Part shown: piece after piece, positions 11,601-21,335 of the stretch
Layout: every line of letters begins with the position of its first letter
Position numbering within the stretch: position 1 is the first letter of the stretch
Assembly: GCA_965243135.1 (NCBI GenBank)
Contig: OZ251539.1
Span: forward strand, 4,512,001-4,576,000
Direction of reading: 5' to 3'
Length of the DNA: 64,000 bases
DNA from: Alphaproteobacteria bacterium
GTDB lineage: Bacteria > Pseudomonadota > Alphaproteobacteria > MPNO01 > UBA830
The notes under the pieces: model-generated
Databases searched by the model: none
The model's input: only the letters and a program-made list of their open reading frames with translations
What the model was told of the DNA's origin: nothing
Translations under genes and position numbers: made by a program

Positions 11601-11760
11601 AATTCGACCCTGGCGGACGGTAATTTCTTTTAAACTTGCTTCCCCTCCCTCCGATCATGCGACAACTGCAGCATCATCGGGAGGACTGCGATTCTGGATA
11701 CAGATTCGTTTTGTCGAATAGTCCATGCAGTTGGTTTACTACACTAACTCATTTTCTAAA

Positions 11761-12012
11761 CAAACGCTCATGATCGGGGCCTGTCCCCGTAGCATGTAAC
11801 TTTGGGCTTTGGGAGTGGTTCTCCCGGCCTCGCGCCATGCGCCGACATAACCGTTCCGCGTTCGGGCGTCGCAGCGTGAAGACAGGGCGATACGGAGCGG
11901 CCCTCAGCGTCACGCTCCCGAATTCTCGAACGGCGAGCGCCGCCGCAAAAAATCTCCGATTCGCGCAACGGTTTCGTGTGGCCGGTAGATCGGGGGTAGT
12001 TACACAACAAAC
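11761..12012 (-). repeat. Dispersed structured repeat, copy 1
   Basis: Reverse complement aligns with 46641-46878; core bounded by TGTAACT (11795) and AGTTACA (12004); internal nested hairpin. Confidence 0.85.
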
Positions 12013-12149
12013 CATTGACATGGAAGGCTATACTTTTTGTCGAGTGTCTTGAGCTATAGAAAGGTACTCCCATGTATCTATCCCGAAACCAATCCGTCGG
12101 CTGAAAGGGAGCAGTGAGAGGGTTAGCCGCGCCCCGGCTGAAGACGGAC

Positions 12150-12745
12150 ACCGACGGGCCGATATAGACAGACCGGAAGATCGCGGAGGCGGTCTTGTGT
12201 CGGACGTAAACGGTCGAGAACGTTCGCCGTAATTTTGTCGAGGGCAGTTTCGAGCGAGCGCTGGAACGGAAGAAAGAAAAGACGCGGCCGGTACCGAAGA
12301 TTCTCGACGGCGAAGCGAAAGCCAAGGTCATCGCCTTGTATCAAGGATAGCCTCCAGAGGGTATACAACAACTGGTCGTTGCAGTTGTTGGCCAATACTG
12401 GGGATCGTGGACTCCATAAGCCACGAAACAGTGAGGATGACGTTTAAAAACGGCTTCTCCTGCAAGAGGAAAGTCCGGTACTGAGTGGCCCGAAGGCGAT
12501 GTGGAGTTTGCCCCACGCCAAGTGATCGAAATCTATGAAAACCTTGCGCCCCCAAGCGTCCGGTAGTTTGCATGGACGAGCAACCCGTGCAGATCATCAA
12601 GGAAACTTGGATACCGATTTCCGCTACCGAAAATTATCCGCGACGCGTCGACTACGAACTGGCGGGTACCGCCTTCATGTTCTACAAGGCCTTGTCCTCT
12701 TGGCACCGGACGACGGCACGCAAACGCAGGACCTCGCGACCTGAC
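12150..12745 (+). pseudogene. IS630-family transposase remnant
   Basis: Frameshifted fragments TVENVRRNFVEG, KILDGEAKAKVIAL, WSLQLLA, ISHETVR, PVVCMDEQPVQ, RVDYE; boundaries approximate. Confidence 0.8.
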
Positions 12746-12752
12746 GCCGGCT

Positions 12753-13637
12753 TCAGGCCGGCGGGCTGGCGCACGCCCGTTCGTAGGCGTAGCGCTCCTT
12801 CACGGCGCCCGCGTGCTCGAAGACATCGAGGACGGTTTCGAACGCCTGCCGCGTGATTTCCACATGCGGCGTCCAGCAGCCGAGCCGCTGGTAGGTTCCG
12901 ACGCAATCGGCCAGCACGTCCTCGCCGATGCCGGGAAAATACGGCGTCAGGGTCTTCGCGATACCGGACGCCGGCGTCTCGTTCATGTAGACGCGGGTCT
13001 TGCGGTAGGCCCGCATGAACGCCGCCGCCATGTCGGTTTCGAGCCAGTCGCGGCGGGCGGCGAGGCTCGAAAAGCCGCAGGGACCGATCGGAACGCCCTC
13101 CTGCGCGACGATATGCCCGACTCCGTCGGCCTCGAGCTGCTGCGGAAAAGGCCCCTGCTGCTGGATGTACTGTCCGGTTCCGGCCCGAAAGGCGGCGTCC
13201 ATGTCGGCCGCGTTCCCGGGATGAATCAGCCGGATCTTCGCGACGTCGACTCCCGCCTTGTGGCAAGCGTACCTGAACATGATCAGCGGTTGCCCTCCCC
13301 CGAAGGCGACCACCTCGGCGCCTTCGAGCTTGCGCCACTCGAAGCCGGGATCGGGTTCGCGGCCGGAGATGAAAAAGCCGTCCATCTCGTTTATCTGCGC
13401 GAAATGCACGGCGACGGGCGTCTCGCCCCTCGCCAGCGGACCGAACGCCTGACTCAACGCCGACTGAACCACGTGGGCGGAGCCGTCCTCGACCGCCGCG
13501 ATCGCGGAAACGCCGGGCGGCGACAAGGACCAGTCGGCTTCCAGTCCTTCGTCCTTCAGGAATCCGGCCGCGAAGGTCGCGATCAGCGGCGAATAGAAGG
13601 CGGAAAAGAGAGTGAACTGTATGTTGATCCGGGTCAC
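12753..13637 (-). CDS. ABC transporter substrate-binding protein, NMT1/THI5/SsuA-like
   Basis: FSAFYSPLIA..GFLKDEGLE, DGFFISGR, FEWRKLEG; GTG start with GAGAGG RBS; no evident signal peptide. Confidence 0.75.
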   Translation of the reverse strand: MTRINIQFTLFSAFYSPLIATFAAGFLKDEGLEADWSLSPPGVSAIAAVEDGSAHVVQSALSQAFGPLARGETPVAVHFAQINEMDGFFISGREPDPGFEWRKLEGAEVVAFGGGQPLIMFRYACHKAGVDVAKIRLIHPGNAADMDAAFRAGTGQYIQQQGPFPQQLEADGVGHIVAQEGVPIGPCGFSSLAARRDWLETDMAAAFMRAYRKTRVYMNETPASGIAKTLTPYFPGIGEDVLADCVGTYQRLGCWTPHVEITRQAFETVLDVFEHAGAVKERYAYERACASPPA

Positions 13638-13651
13638 GGCGCGGCCTCTCG

Positions 13652-13680
13652 TTGATTTACCGCCATGGTAGGGGCATTCT
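13652..13680 (+). promoter_or_regulatory. Candidate sigma70 promoter in the divergent intergenic region
   Basis: TTGATT-17nt-CATTCT, with a TACC-N5-GGTA inverted repeat in the spacer. Confidence 0.35.
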
Positions 13681-13693
13681 TCCCGAAACGGAA

Positions 13694-14461
13694 ATGGAGC
13701 CGCCAGCAGTGAACCAGCGGAATTACGCCCGCGAACTCGTCGAACTCGCGACGCCGTTCTGGGAGACCGAAGCGGAGCTGACCCGGCGCTTTTTCGCGTC
13801 GCGGCCGTCGAAGGAGACATGGATCCGCTACCTGAAAGCCGCCGTCTACAAGGAACTCAATCCGGTGATCGGCTACGGCCCGACCGACGGCTACGCCTGC
13901 GGCCTGCACATGGAGTTCCGGAAGCTGGCGGACAAGTTCGGGGAAGACGGCCTCGACCGGCGCGCGTTCCACGCCCGCCTCGAACAGATGACCGAGGAGT
14001 TCATGCACTACATCGTTCTCGCCGAGGTTCTGGAGGACCTGCTGGAACGCCGGCTGGAAGCCGGAGACGCCGAACAGCTTCCCGAAGACGACCGGCTCAA
14101 CCGGATGCGCCGCGCCTACGTGAATTCCGACAATCCGGCCGCGCGCGCGGCGATGGAGCTCACGGAGGGCGGCGGAACCGCGACGTTCCGCGAAGGAGCG
14201 AAGCTTTCCGGCGGCGAATTCGAACGCAAGCTCGCCGCCGCCTTCAAAGTCATCGCCGACGACGAGGACGGCCATGTCGAACATGCGGCGAAGGATTTGG
14301 AGAGCGCCATCCGGTCGCAGGAGGATTTCGAAGCGGCGAAGCGGGCGCTTCTGGAGGTCTCCATGCAGCGGCTACACATGAGAAACGAAATGTTCTCGCA
14401 TCCGATGTCGCGCGCTCAGCTCGACGCCTATCTGGAATCGCGCGGCGGCGGGCCGCTCTGA
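13694..14461 (+). CDS. Ferritin-like (di-iron carboxylate) protein
   Basis: Helical protein with E..EEFMH..E..DEDGH ligand spacing; start 13694 or 13709. Confidence 0.7.
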   Translation: MEPPAVNQRNYARELVELATPFWETEAELTRRFFASRPSKETWIRYLKAAVYKELNPVIGYGPTDGYACGLHMEFRKLADKFGEDGLDRRAFHARLEQMTEEFMHYIVLAEVLEDLLERRLEAGDAEQLPEDDRLNRMRRAYVNSDNPAARAAMELTEGGGTATFREGAKLSGGEFERKLAAAFKVIADDEDGHVEHAAKDLESAIRSQEDFEAAKRALLEVSMQRLHMRNEMFSHPMSRAQLDAYLESRGGGPL

Positions 14462-15456
14462 TGCCCGCGCCCGCCAAACCCGTCTACCGACCGCCGGACG
14501 CGCAGCTCGCCCTCTTCCCGGAGGTTTCGGGAAACGAGATCAACGGTCACGGAGAAACCCGCCCGCGGCGTCCGTCGCCGGTCTACTGGCATTACCACGG
14601 CGACCTGCCTCACAAAGCGTTGCAGGATTACTATCTGCGCCAGTTCGACGACAAACCCGAACTGCAAGACTTCCACCTCAAATACGGCGGTCGAGGCGCG
14701 AAGGCGCCGCCGACGAAACCGGAGGCGCCGACGCAGGACAGCGCGGAGAACTGGACGCGCCGGGTCAAGGCGCATGCGCTCGAGAACGAGGCCGATCTGG
14801 TCGGCGTCGCCGCCATCGACCAGGAATGGGTGTTCGATGGTTACGAGGTGCGGGAGCCTTGGGTGATCGTCGTCGGCGTCGCCATGGATCACGCGGAACT
14901 CGCCAAAGCACCCGCGATCGAGTCTCCAACCGAGGTGATGCGGCAGTACAACCGGGGAACCCGGGCGGCGCGGTCGATCGCGAATTTCATTCAGGGACAC
15001 GGCCACGCGGCGCGGCCTCACGGCGGGCCGATGGCGGGGCCGATGCTGCTGATTCCGCCCGCCGTTCTGTGCGGAATGGGCGAACTCGGGAAGCACGGCT
15101 CGCTGATCAACCGGCGTTACGGATCGTCCTTCCGGCTCGCGGGCGTCCTGACGGATCTGCCGCTGATCGCCGACGCGCCGGACATTTTCGGCGCCGACGA
15201 TTTCTGCGCCAGTTGCCGGATCTGCGCGGACGCCTGCCCGCCGGACGCGATCCATCCCGAGAAGCAGATGGTGCGCGGAACGCGGAAATGGTACGTCGAC
15301 TTCGATAAATGCATCCCTTATTTCAACGACACGCAGGGATGCGGAATCTGCATCGCGGCGTGTCCATGGTCGACGCCCGGACGCGCGCCGCGTCTGGCGG
15401 AAAAGATGACGGCGCGGCGCGCCCGCAAGGCGCTTGACGAAGCGCGAAAGGAGTGA
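14461..15456 (+). CDS. Reductive dehalogenase/QueG-like cobalamin and 2x[4Fe-4S] protein
   Basis: ADLVGVA, GMGELGKHGSLI, FRLAGVLTDLPL, FCASCRICADACP, KC..GCGICIAACPW; no Tat signal; TGATG overlap. Confidence 0.8.
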   Translation: MPAPAKPVYRPPDAQLALFPEVSGNEINGHGETRPRRPSPVYWHYHGDLPHKALQDYYLRQFDDKPELQDFHLKYGGRGAKAPPTKPEAPTQDSAENWTRRVKAHALENEADLVGVAAIDQEWVFDGYEVREPWVIVVGVAMDHAELAKAPAIESPTEVMRQYNRGTRAARSIANFIQGHGHAARPHGGPMAGPMLLIPPAVLCGMGELGKHGSLINRRYGSSFRLAGVLTDLPLIADAPDIFGADDFCASCRICADACPPDAIHPEKQMVRGTRKWYVDFDKCIPYFNDTQGCGICIAACPWSTPGRAPRLAEKMTARRARKALDEARKE

Positions 15457-15466
15457 GGGACTCGCC

Positions 15467-16414
15467 ATGGAGAGCATCATCTATCTGAACGGCGCGTTCC
15501 TGCCGGAAGCGCAAGCGGTCGTCCCGGTAACGTCGCGCGGATTCTTCGGCGGCGACGGAGTCTACGAGGTCACCCGCACGTTCCGCCGCAAGCTGTTCCG
15601 GGCCGACGAGCACATCGGGCGCCTTTACCGTTCCCTCGCCTATGCGCGGATCGATCCCGGGCTGTCGCCGGAAGAAATGAAGGCGGCAACGGAAGAGACT
15701 CTCGCCCGCAATCTGGCGCGGGACAAGGAGGATTTCGCGGTATGGCACGTCGTCGCTCGCGGCGACCGGGCGGACGATGTCGGGACGCAACCGCCGATCG
15801 TCGCCGTGTTCTGCGCCGACATGGATTTCGATCGCTACGCGGAGGCTTATCTCGAAGGCGTCCGGCTGGTGACGCCGGGCGTGCGCCGGACGCCGCCGCA
15901 GAGCATCGATCCCCGCGGCAAGGTCACGAGCCGCATGAACCAGATCCAGGCCGTGCTCGAAGTCGGGCGCGTCGATCCGGGAGCGACGCCGTTGCTGCTG
16001 GATATCGACGGCAACGTCGCCGAGACGAATACCGGAAATTTCTTCTTTTTTTCCGAAGGGCAGCTGTGCACGTCGAGAGGGCGCAACGTCCTGGCCGGAG
16101 TGACCCGAAGCGTGGTCTTCGAACTCGCCGCGAAGCTCGGCATGGAGGTCGTCGAGGGCGACTTCACCGCCTACGACGTCTACACGGCGGAAGAGGCCTT
16201 CGTCTCCGGCACCTCGCCCACCATCGTGCCGGTGCGCAGCCTCAACGGCGCCGCGATCGGCGGCGATTTGCCGGGGCCGAATACGTTGCGCCTCATTCGC
16301 GCCTTCTCCGATCTCGCTGGCGTCGACTATGTCGAACAGGCAATCCAAAGTCTGGGAGACAACCGGGCACCGGACTTGACGGAGAGATGGCGGGCGCGGA
16401 AAAGCGCCGCGTGA
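15467..16414 (+). CDS. PLP fold-type IV aminotransferase (BCAT/D-amino acid/ADC lyase family)
   Basis: YLNGAF, GDGVYEVTR, HIGRLYRS, PRGK, AETNTGNFF, LAGVTR, AEEAFVSGT. Confidence 0.9.
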   Translation: MESIIYLNGAFLPEAQAVVPVTSRGFFGGDGVYEVTRTFRRKLFRADEHIGRLYRSLAYARIDPGLSPEEMKAATEETLARNLARDKEDFAVWHVVARGDRADDVGTQPPIVAVFCADMDFDRYAEAYLEGVRLVTPGVRRTPPQSIDPRGKVTSRMNQIQAVLEVGRVDPGATPLLLDIDGNVAETNTGNFFFFSEGQLCTSRGRNVLAGVTRSVVFELAAKLGMEVVEGDFTAYDVYTAEEAFVSGTSPTIVPVRSLNGAAIGGDLPGPNTLRLIRAFSDLAGVDYVEQAIQSLGDNRAPDLTERWRARKSAA

Positions 16415-16569
16415 ATGATCCGCCATACAGGCAGACAATGCCCCTGCAGCTGGGCGCCTTCACCATTCTTGCCTGCGGTTCTTGGATCTCTCATGGAGCA
16501 TGGCGACCATCGCGATCCGGCGAGGCTTGCCGCAACGACGCAGCAAGCTGCTCGCTCGACAGACCATCG

Positions 16570-16598
16570 TTGATTATCCCGTATATCTCCGCTATGCT
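16570..16598 (+). promoter_or_regulatory. Sigma70-like promoter of the ATPase-DUF3226 operon
   Basis: TTGATT-17nt-TATGCT about 55 bp upstream of ATG 16654. Confidence 0.5.
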
Positions 16599-17358
16599 AT
16601 AAAGGTTATGTGCGTACGTTTGGACCTATTTGTCGATCAAAGGAATCGCGATCATGCTCGATGAAGCGCCGAAAGACCGACTTCATCTTCCTGATTTGTC
16701 GATTACAGATTTTCGCGGTCTAAAGGATCTGATCATTCCGAAGCTTGGCCGCGTGACCTTGATTGCCGGGAAAAATGGCGTCGGCAAGACAACCGTGCTC
16801 GACGCGGTACGCGTCTATGCCGCCCGCGGCGATTATTCAGCCCTTCTGAAAGTGTTGCAAGACCGGGATGAAATTTCGCTCCGAGCGGACGCAGATGACG
16901 ACGACGTTTTCGAACCGGACTGGAACTCGCTTTTCTTCGGAAGGAACGGATCGGATAATGCTTGCATCTTGATCGGACCAAACGAGGAAGAAAGAAAACT
17001 GCGGATTAGAATCGGATCTGCCAGAGAGCAAACCCAAGAAAAATTATTCGGTATTTCGCAGGGCGAAAAAATTCGAACAATTAAGGTTAAGTTTGAAGGC
17101 GAAGAACAAGAATTTCCAATGATTTATTCGAAGAAAAATTTGTCTCTCTATAGAGACCTTCTTGGCCAGGTTAGTTTTGAGCAAAAAACCAATCGGTCGT
17201 CTGAAATGACATGTAATTCTTTAGGACTAGGACCTTCGAATAATAGAGATCTCGCACGATTTTGGGATAACGTTGCGCTTACGCCCAACGAAGATAGAGT
17301 AGTAAAATCATTGAAACTAATACTTAACGAAGATATAGAGCGAATTGCAATACGAGCC

Positions 17359-19036
17359 GGGTGCAGATCTATTTTTGCCAAACTCTTTGTTTTTATTTAC
17401 GGAATCGGGATTTCCGCCGTCAGGCCGCGATGACGTGCAACGCCTGATTGTCGTTCGCAGCCCCAGTCATCGCCCGCCACGCCGACTCGAAGCGACCCGA
17501 CCTTATCAGCGCTCTGAGGGTGAGGACGTTCTGACCGCCTTCGATGCTCCAGCGCATGCCGGCCCGCTTCATGCGCTGGTTGACCAGCACCTTGTTGGCG
17601 GCTTCCACGACGCCCGACCCAATTGCGTAGCCGCCGGCCCTGAGGCTCGCGTAGCGCATGCGGCGCCTGTGCTTGCGGAAAAACCTGAGCTCGCGCCCGA
17701 GAACCTTGATCGCCGTTTCCGTCGTCGCCTTGTCGCGGAGATAGCGGATCGCCGACCTTGTCGACGCCGTCGGCGTCGTCGCGCAGGACGGCGCGGTACT
17801 TTTCGTACCAGCTGCTTGCGACCGCATGGTCGGAGACTTCGTTGAGATGTTCGCACGCATGGAAAAAATCGACCGCCCGCTCGTCGGGCTGGAGCTCGTC
17901 GAGAAACGTCCAGTTGTCGGGCGCGGCGTCGGCAACGGCGACCACCTTCAGGTCGGGCCGCACCTTACGGATGTGGGCGACCTCTTCGGCGAGTTGCGCC
18001 TTCAGCGTCGCCTTGCCGGCCTCCGGCATTCGCCCAAAACTGAGCGTTTTCAAGCGATTGCCTTCCGCGTCCTGGAAACTGACCGTTCCGCAGGACGCCT
18101 CGCGCCAGCACGCTTCTTCGTCCCCGTCCGGGCGAAGCGAAACCATCACACCATCAAGCGAAACGGCGCAGGAAACCGCCTCCTCCGGCACCGTTTCCGC
18201 CTCGCGGATGCTTTCCATGGCTTCCCGCCCCTTTTCCTTCCAGAGACTGCCCGTCGTCTCCAACAGACGCGTGGCTCGACGACGGGTTCATGCCCCCCAA
18301 CTCCTCGAAGAGTTTGGCCGTTTCCTGCGGCGTGCAGTGGTCCAGGAGCAGAAGAGCGCGATAAGCGGCCGGGTTCGTGAGATAGCCGCAGGCCCAGGTC
18401 GTTGTCGACCGGCGAGAACGACCCATCTTCCGAGCGATATCGCGTCCGGAAATACCGGACCGGACCGAACAGCGTGTGGACGGTCTTCTGCGTCCGCGCA
18501 GCCCGATAGAAGACTTTGTCGTCCTTGTGAATCGGGCCTCCCCTCTCGTCCCGGTCCTCGATGTATTTGCAAATCACCGTCCGGCACAGCGCAGCGACCT
18601 GCTTACCTAACCCAAGCTCGAAATCGGCGAACGCCTCGGGACCCTCCCCCTCGGACCCCGCCTTGAGGAAGGCTCCCCGAATGCCTTGGCGGTCGCGGCT
18701 CCTTTCTCGACGATGGACGCGAAAGACCGCACCGCCTCGGCCGCCGCCGGGGAGAGCCTGGAAAGATCGATGGACAAACCGTTCGAAGACTGCGAGACTG
18801 ACATGGGAATGCTCCTGATGTTGTGGGGTCAAGCCAACATTCTGCCGCATTTAGCGGTCAGGAGCATTCTTTTTTTCCTCCTCCGGCCCCGCTGTCGTGA
18901 CAAAATCCGCGTCTGGAACGGTGATTTGTCACGAAATCGTTGATTTCGTCCTTGAAGCGTCGCAACTAGTACTCAAATAATTGTTGAAAATCAACATGTT
19001 GCGGATTTCCCGTTTGGCAATATCAGACCTGCACCC
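17359..19036 (-). mobile_element. ISKra4/ISLre2-like IS, 1678 bp
   Basis: Imperfect TIRs GGGTGCAGATCT..TTGCCAAAC / GTTTGGCAA..ACCTGCACCC; 9-bp TSD ATACGAGCC (17350-17358, 19037-19045). Confidence 0.9.
17420..18804 (-). pseudogene. Frameshifted DDE transposase of the ISKra4/ISLre2-like element
   Basis: Fragments in different frames: HTLFGPV, SLDGVMV, DAAPDNW, DFFHACEHL, IGSGVVEAANK..RMKRAGMRW. Confidence 0.85.
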
Positions 19037-19679
19037 ATACGAGCCGAAGAAAGAAGATCGAGGGAACGAACTGGCAATAGAATTATGGTGAAGGCGGCCG
19101 GCTACGATAGGCCTATACCCTTAAAAAGCTTGGGAGACGGAGTGGCTCGCGTGTTCGGCATTGCTCTGGCTTTGGTGTGCAGTCGCGATGGTTTCGTGCT
19201 TATCGATGAAGTGGAAAATGGCATCCATCATGCGGCGGAGTATGAATTCTGGCGTATGGTTCTGACTACGGCAAAGCAAAACAACGTGCAAGTTTTCGCC
19301 ACGACGCACGGATGGGATTGCGTGGTCAGATTCGCGCAAGCCGCCAAAGAGATCGACGATGTTGAAGGGTCATTGATTCGTTTAGATGAGAAAAATGGCG
19401 GTGTTCGAGCGGTCCACTATTCGACAACCGATCTTGAAACGGCGTCTAGTTTGGGTATAGAAGTGAGGTAAGCGTTCGCTCGTCAAGTGATGGTCTTTTT
19501 TTGAGGAGCCGCCTTCGGTCCCGGGTTCGGCCTGACTTCCTTGACCGGGTACGGCGGCGGCGCGCCACGTCCGGCAGGTAGCCCGGCAACAGGTTTTGGC
19601 GCAGCGTCTCGCGGGCGGCGTGGCCTGTCCAGCCGGACAATATTTTTTGCTGGAAACCGGACTTTAGTTCTTGTGCGCC

Positions 19680-21335
19680 ATGGCGTTCGAATCTGCAGGC
19701 GCACTTCCCGGAACCGGGCTGTCGGGCGACGGTCAGACTCCACCTGCGTCGTTGCTCCGGGCGAACGCGGCTCTCGTCCGGGAGAACGCGGCTCTCGTCC
19801 GGGCGAACGCGGCTCTCCTTCGGAAGATTGTAGAGCGCGACCGGGCACTGGAGAGAGCGATGCAGGAGGCGAGGGAATGGCGGGACCGTTTCCGCCGGAC
19901 GCAGGCCAGGGACCTGAGGAAGAGACGCAGGGCGTCGCCGGCAAAACCGGGAGCTGCCGTCGTAGAGAGCGTGAAGGCCCGCAACCGCAGGCTCGCTCGG
20001 GATCTGTACGGGCGCAGCAGCGAGCGGCCGCCCGCGGCCTCCGGCGGACGCCGGGGTCGCCGTTCGGGAACGCCGTCGCACGGCCGCACGCCGTTTCCGG
20101 ACCTGCCCGTCCGCGAGGAGGATTCGGTCCCGGACGATCGCAAGTGCAAGGACTGCGGCAAGTCCTGGGTCTCGAACGGCTACAACGAGACGTACGTCCT
20201 CGAGTACAAGATCGTCCCCTACGTTCGGCATGTTCGGCGACCTGCGCCCGGCCTGCGCCTGCAGGCGGGAAAAGGAGATCGTCGGTCCGGCCCCGGAGCG
20301 GGTGTTTCACCCGATACGGAGTGTCCGTCTGGGCGTTCATCCTGGCGGAGAGGTTCGGGCAGCATCGTCCGTTGCGTTCGGTCTGCCGCGCGTTGCGCCA
20401 GCACGGGCTTCCGATCGCGCCCGGCACGCTGGCGGATGCGCAGCGACGCCTGCTGCCGCTGTTCGAGCAGCTCGACGAAGAGAGCTCCCGGCATCTGTGG
20501 GAAGCTCCGGTCGTCAACGGCGATGAAACGGGGTGGCGGATACGAGAGCTGGGCGAGAAAGACGGCGGCAGCGCCCGCGCCTGGGTGTGGATCGCCCGGT
20601 CCCACGACGCGACGCGCACCGTCATTCTGCCGTCGCGCAGCGCGGAAGCCGCCCGCGAACTGTTCGGGGGCCTCGGCTCGCCCGAGCAGGCGGCCTACCT
20701 GGTCTGCGACCGTTACTCCGCCTACCGGAAACTGGCGCGCGACATGGATGGCGACATCGTCCTTTCCTGGGCCCATGCCAGACGAGACTTCGTCAACCTC
20801 GAGACCGGCTACCCGAACCTCGCGCCGTTCGCCCGGAAGTGGGTCGGTCACATCGCGAAGTTGTACCGGTTCAACTCCGAGCGTCTGGCGAACGACGCGA
20901 CCGCCCAGCGACGGCTTGCAAGGTTCGCCGAAGCGTTCTTCGCGGCAGCGAAAAAGGCGCGGGACGCGCTCCCGGAGAGCGCGGCGCAACGCGGCCCTCT
21001 GGACTCCCTGGTGCGCCACCGCGACGGTCTGACCGTGTTCGTGGACAACGCGTCCGTTCCCATGGACAACAACGCCGCCGAGCGCGGCATTGCGGTCGGC
21101 CGCAAGCTCTCGTTCGGGTCGCACAGCGTGGACGGAGCGCGGCTGGCCGGCATGCTGTATTCCATCTTCGGCACGCTCGAGATGAACGGCGTCTCGCCTT
21201 ACCCTTGGCTGTTCGCCTGCTGCCTGCGCCCGGCACGGCGGCCCGCCGCCGGAAGGTCCGGCCGCCTGGCTGCCGTGGGGCGCGGACGAAGAGCGCCTCC
21301 GTTCCTGGAGGACCGCTCTCCCCCAGGGACCGTGA
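19680..21335 (+). pseudogene. tnpC: IS66 transposase TnpC, frameshifted
   Basis: YGRSSER, CKDCG, GDETGW, LVCDRYSAY, WAHARR, PMDNNAAER; small deletions relative to copy B. Confidence 0.88.
19758..19820 (+). repeat. 21-bp tandem repeat x3 in the tnpC coiled coil
   Basis: CGGG(C/A)GAACGCGGCTCTC(GTC/CTT) x3 = RANAALV-RENAALV-RANAALL. Confidence 0.9.

Larger units (their letters stand above)
16654..19471 (+). pseudogene. ABC-type (AAA_15/AAA_21) ATPase split by an IS (16654-17358 + 19046-19471)
   Basis: GKNGVGKT in the 5' half; LGDG, VLIDEVENGIH, ATTHG in the 3' half. Removing the IS and one TSD rejoins a 376-aa frame. Confidence 0.9.

Noticed and set aside
7450-12750. Prophage or integrative element
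   Set aside because: No integrase, att repeat, tRNA or structural genes found
19758-19820. Possible CRISPR array (also 4175-4222)
   Set aside because: Contiguous coding tandem repeats without spacers; no cas genes
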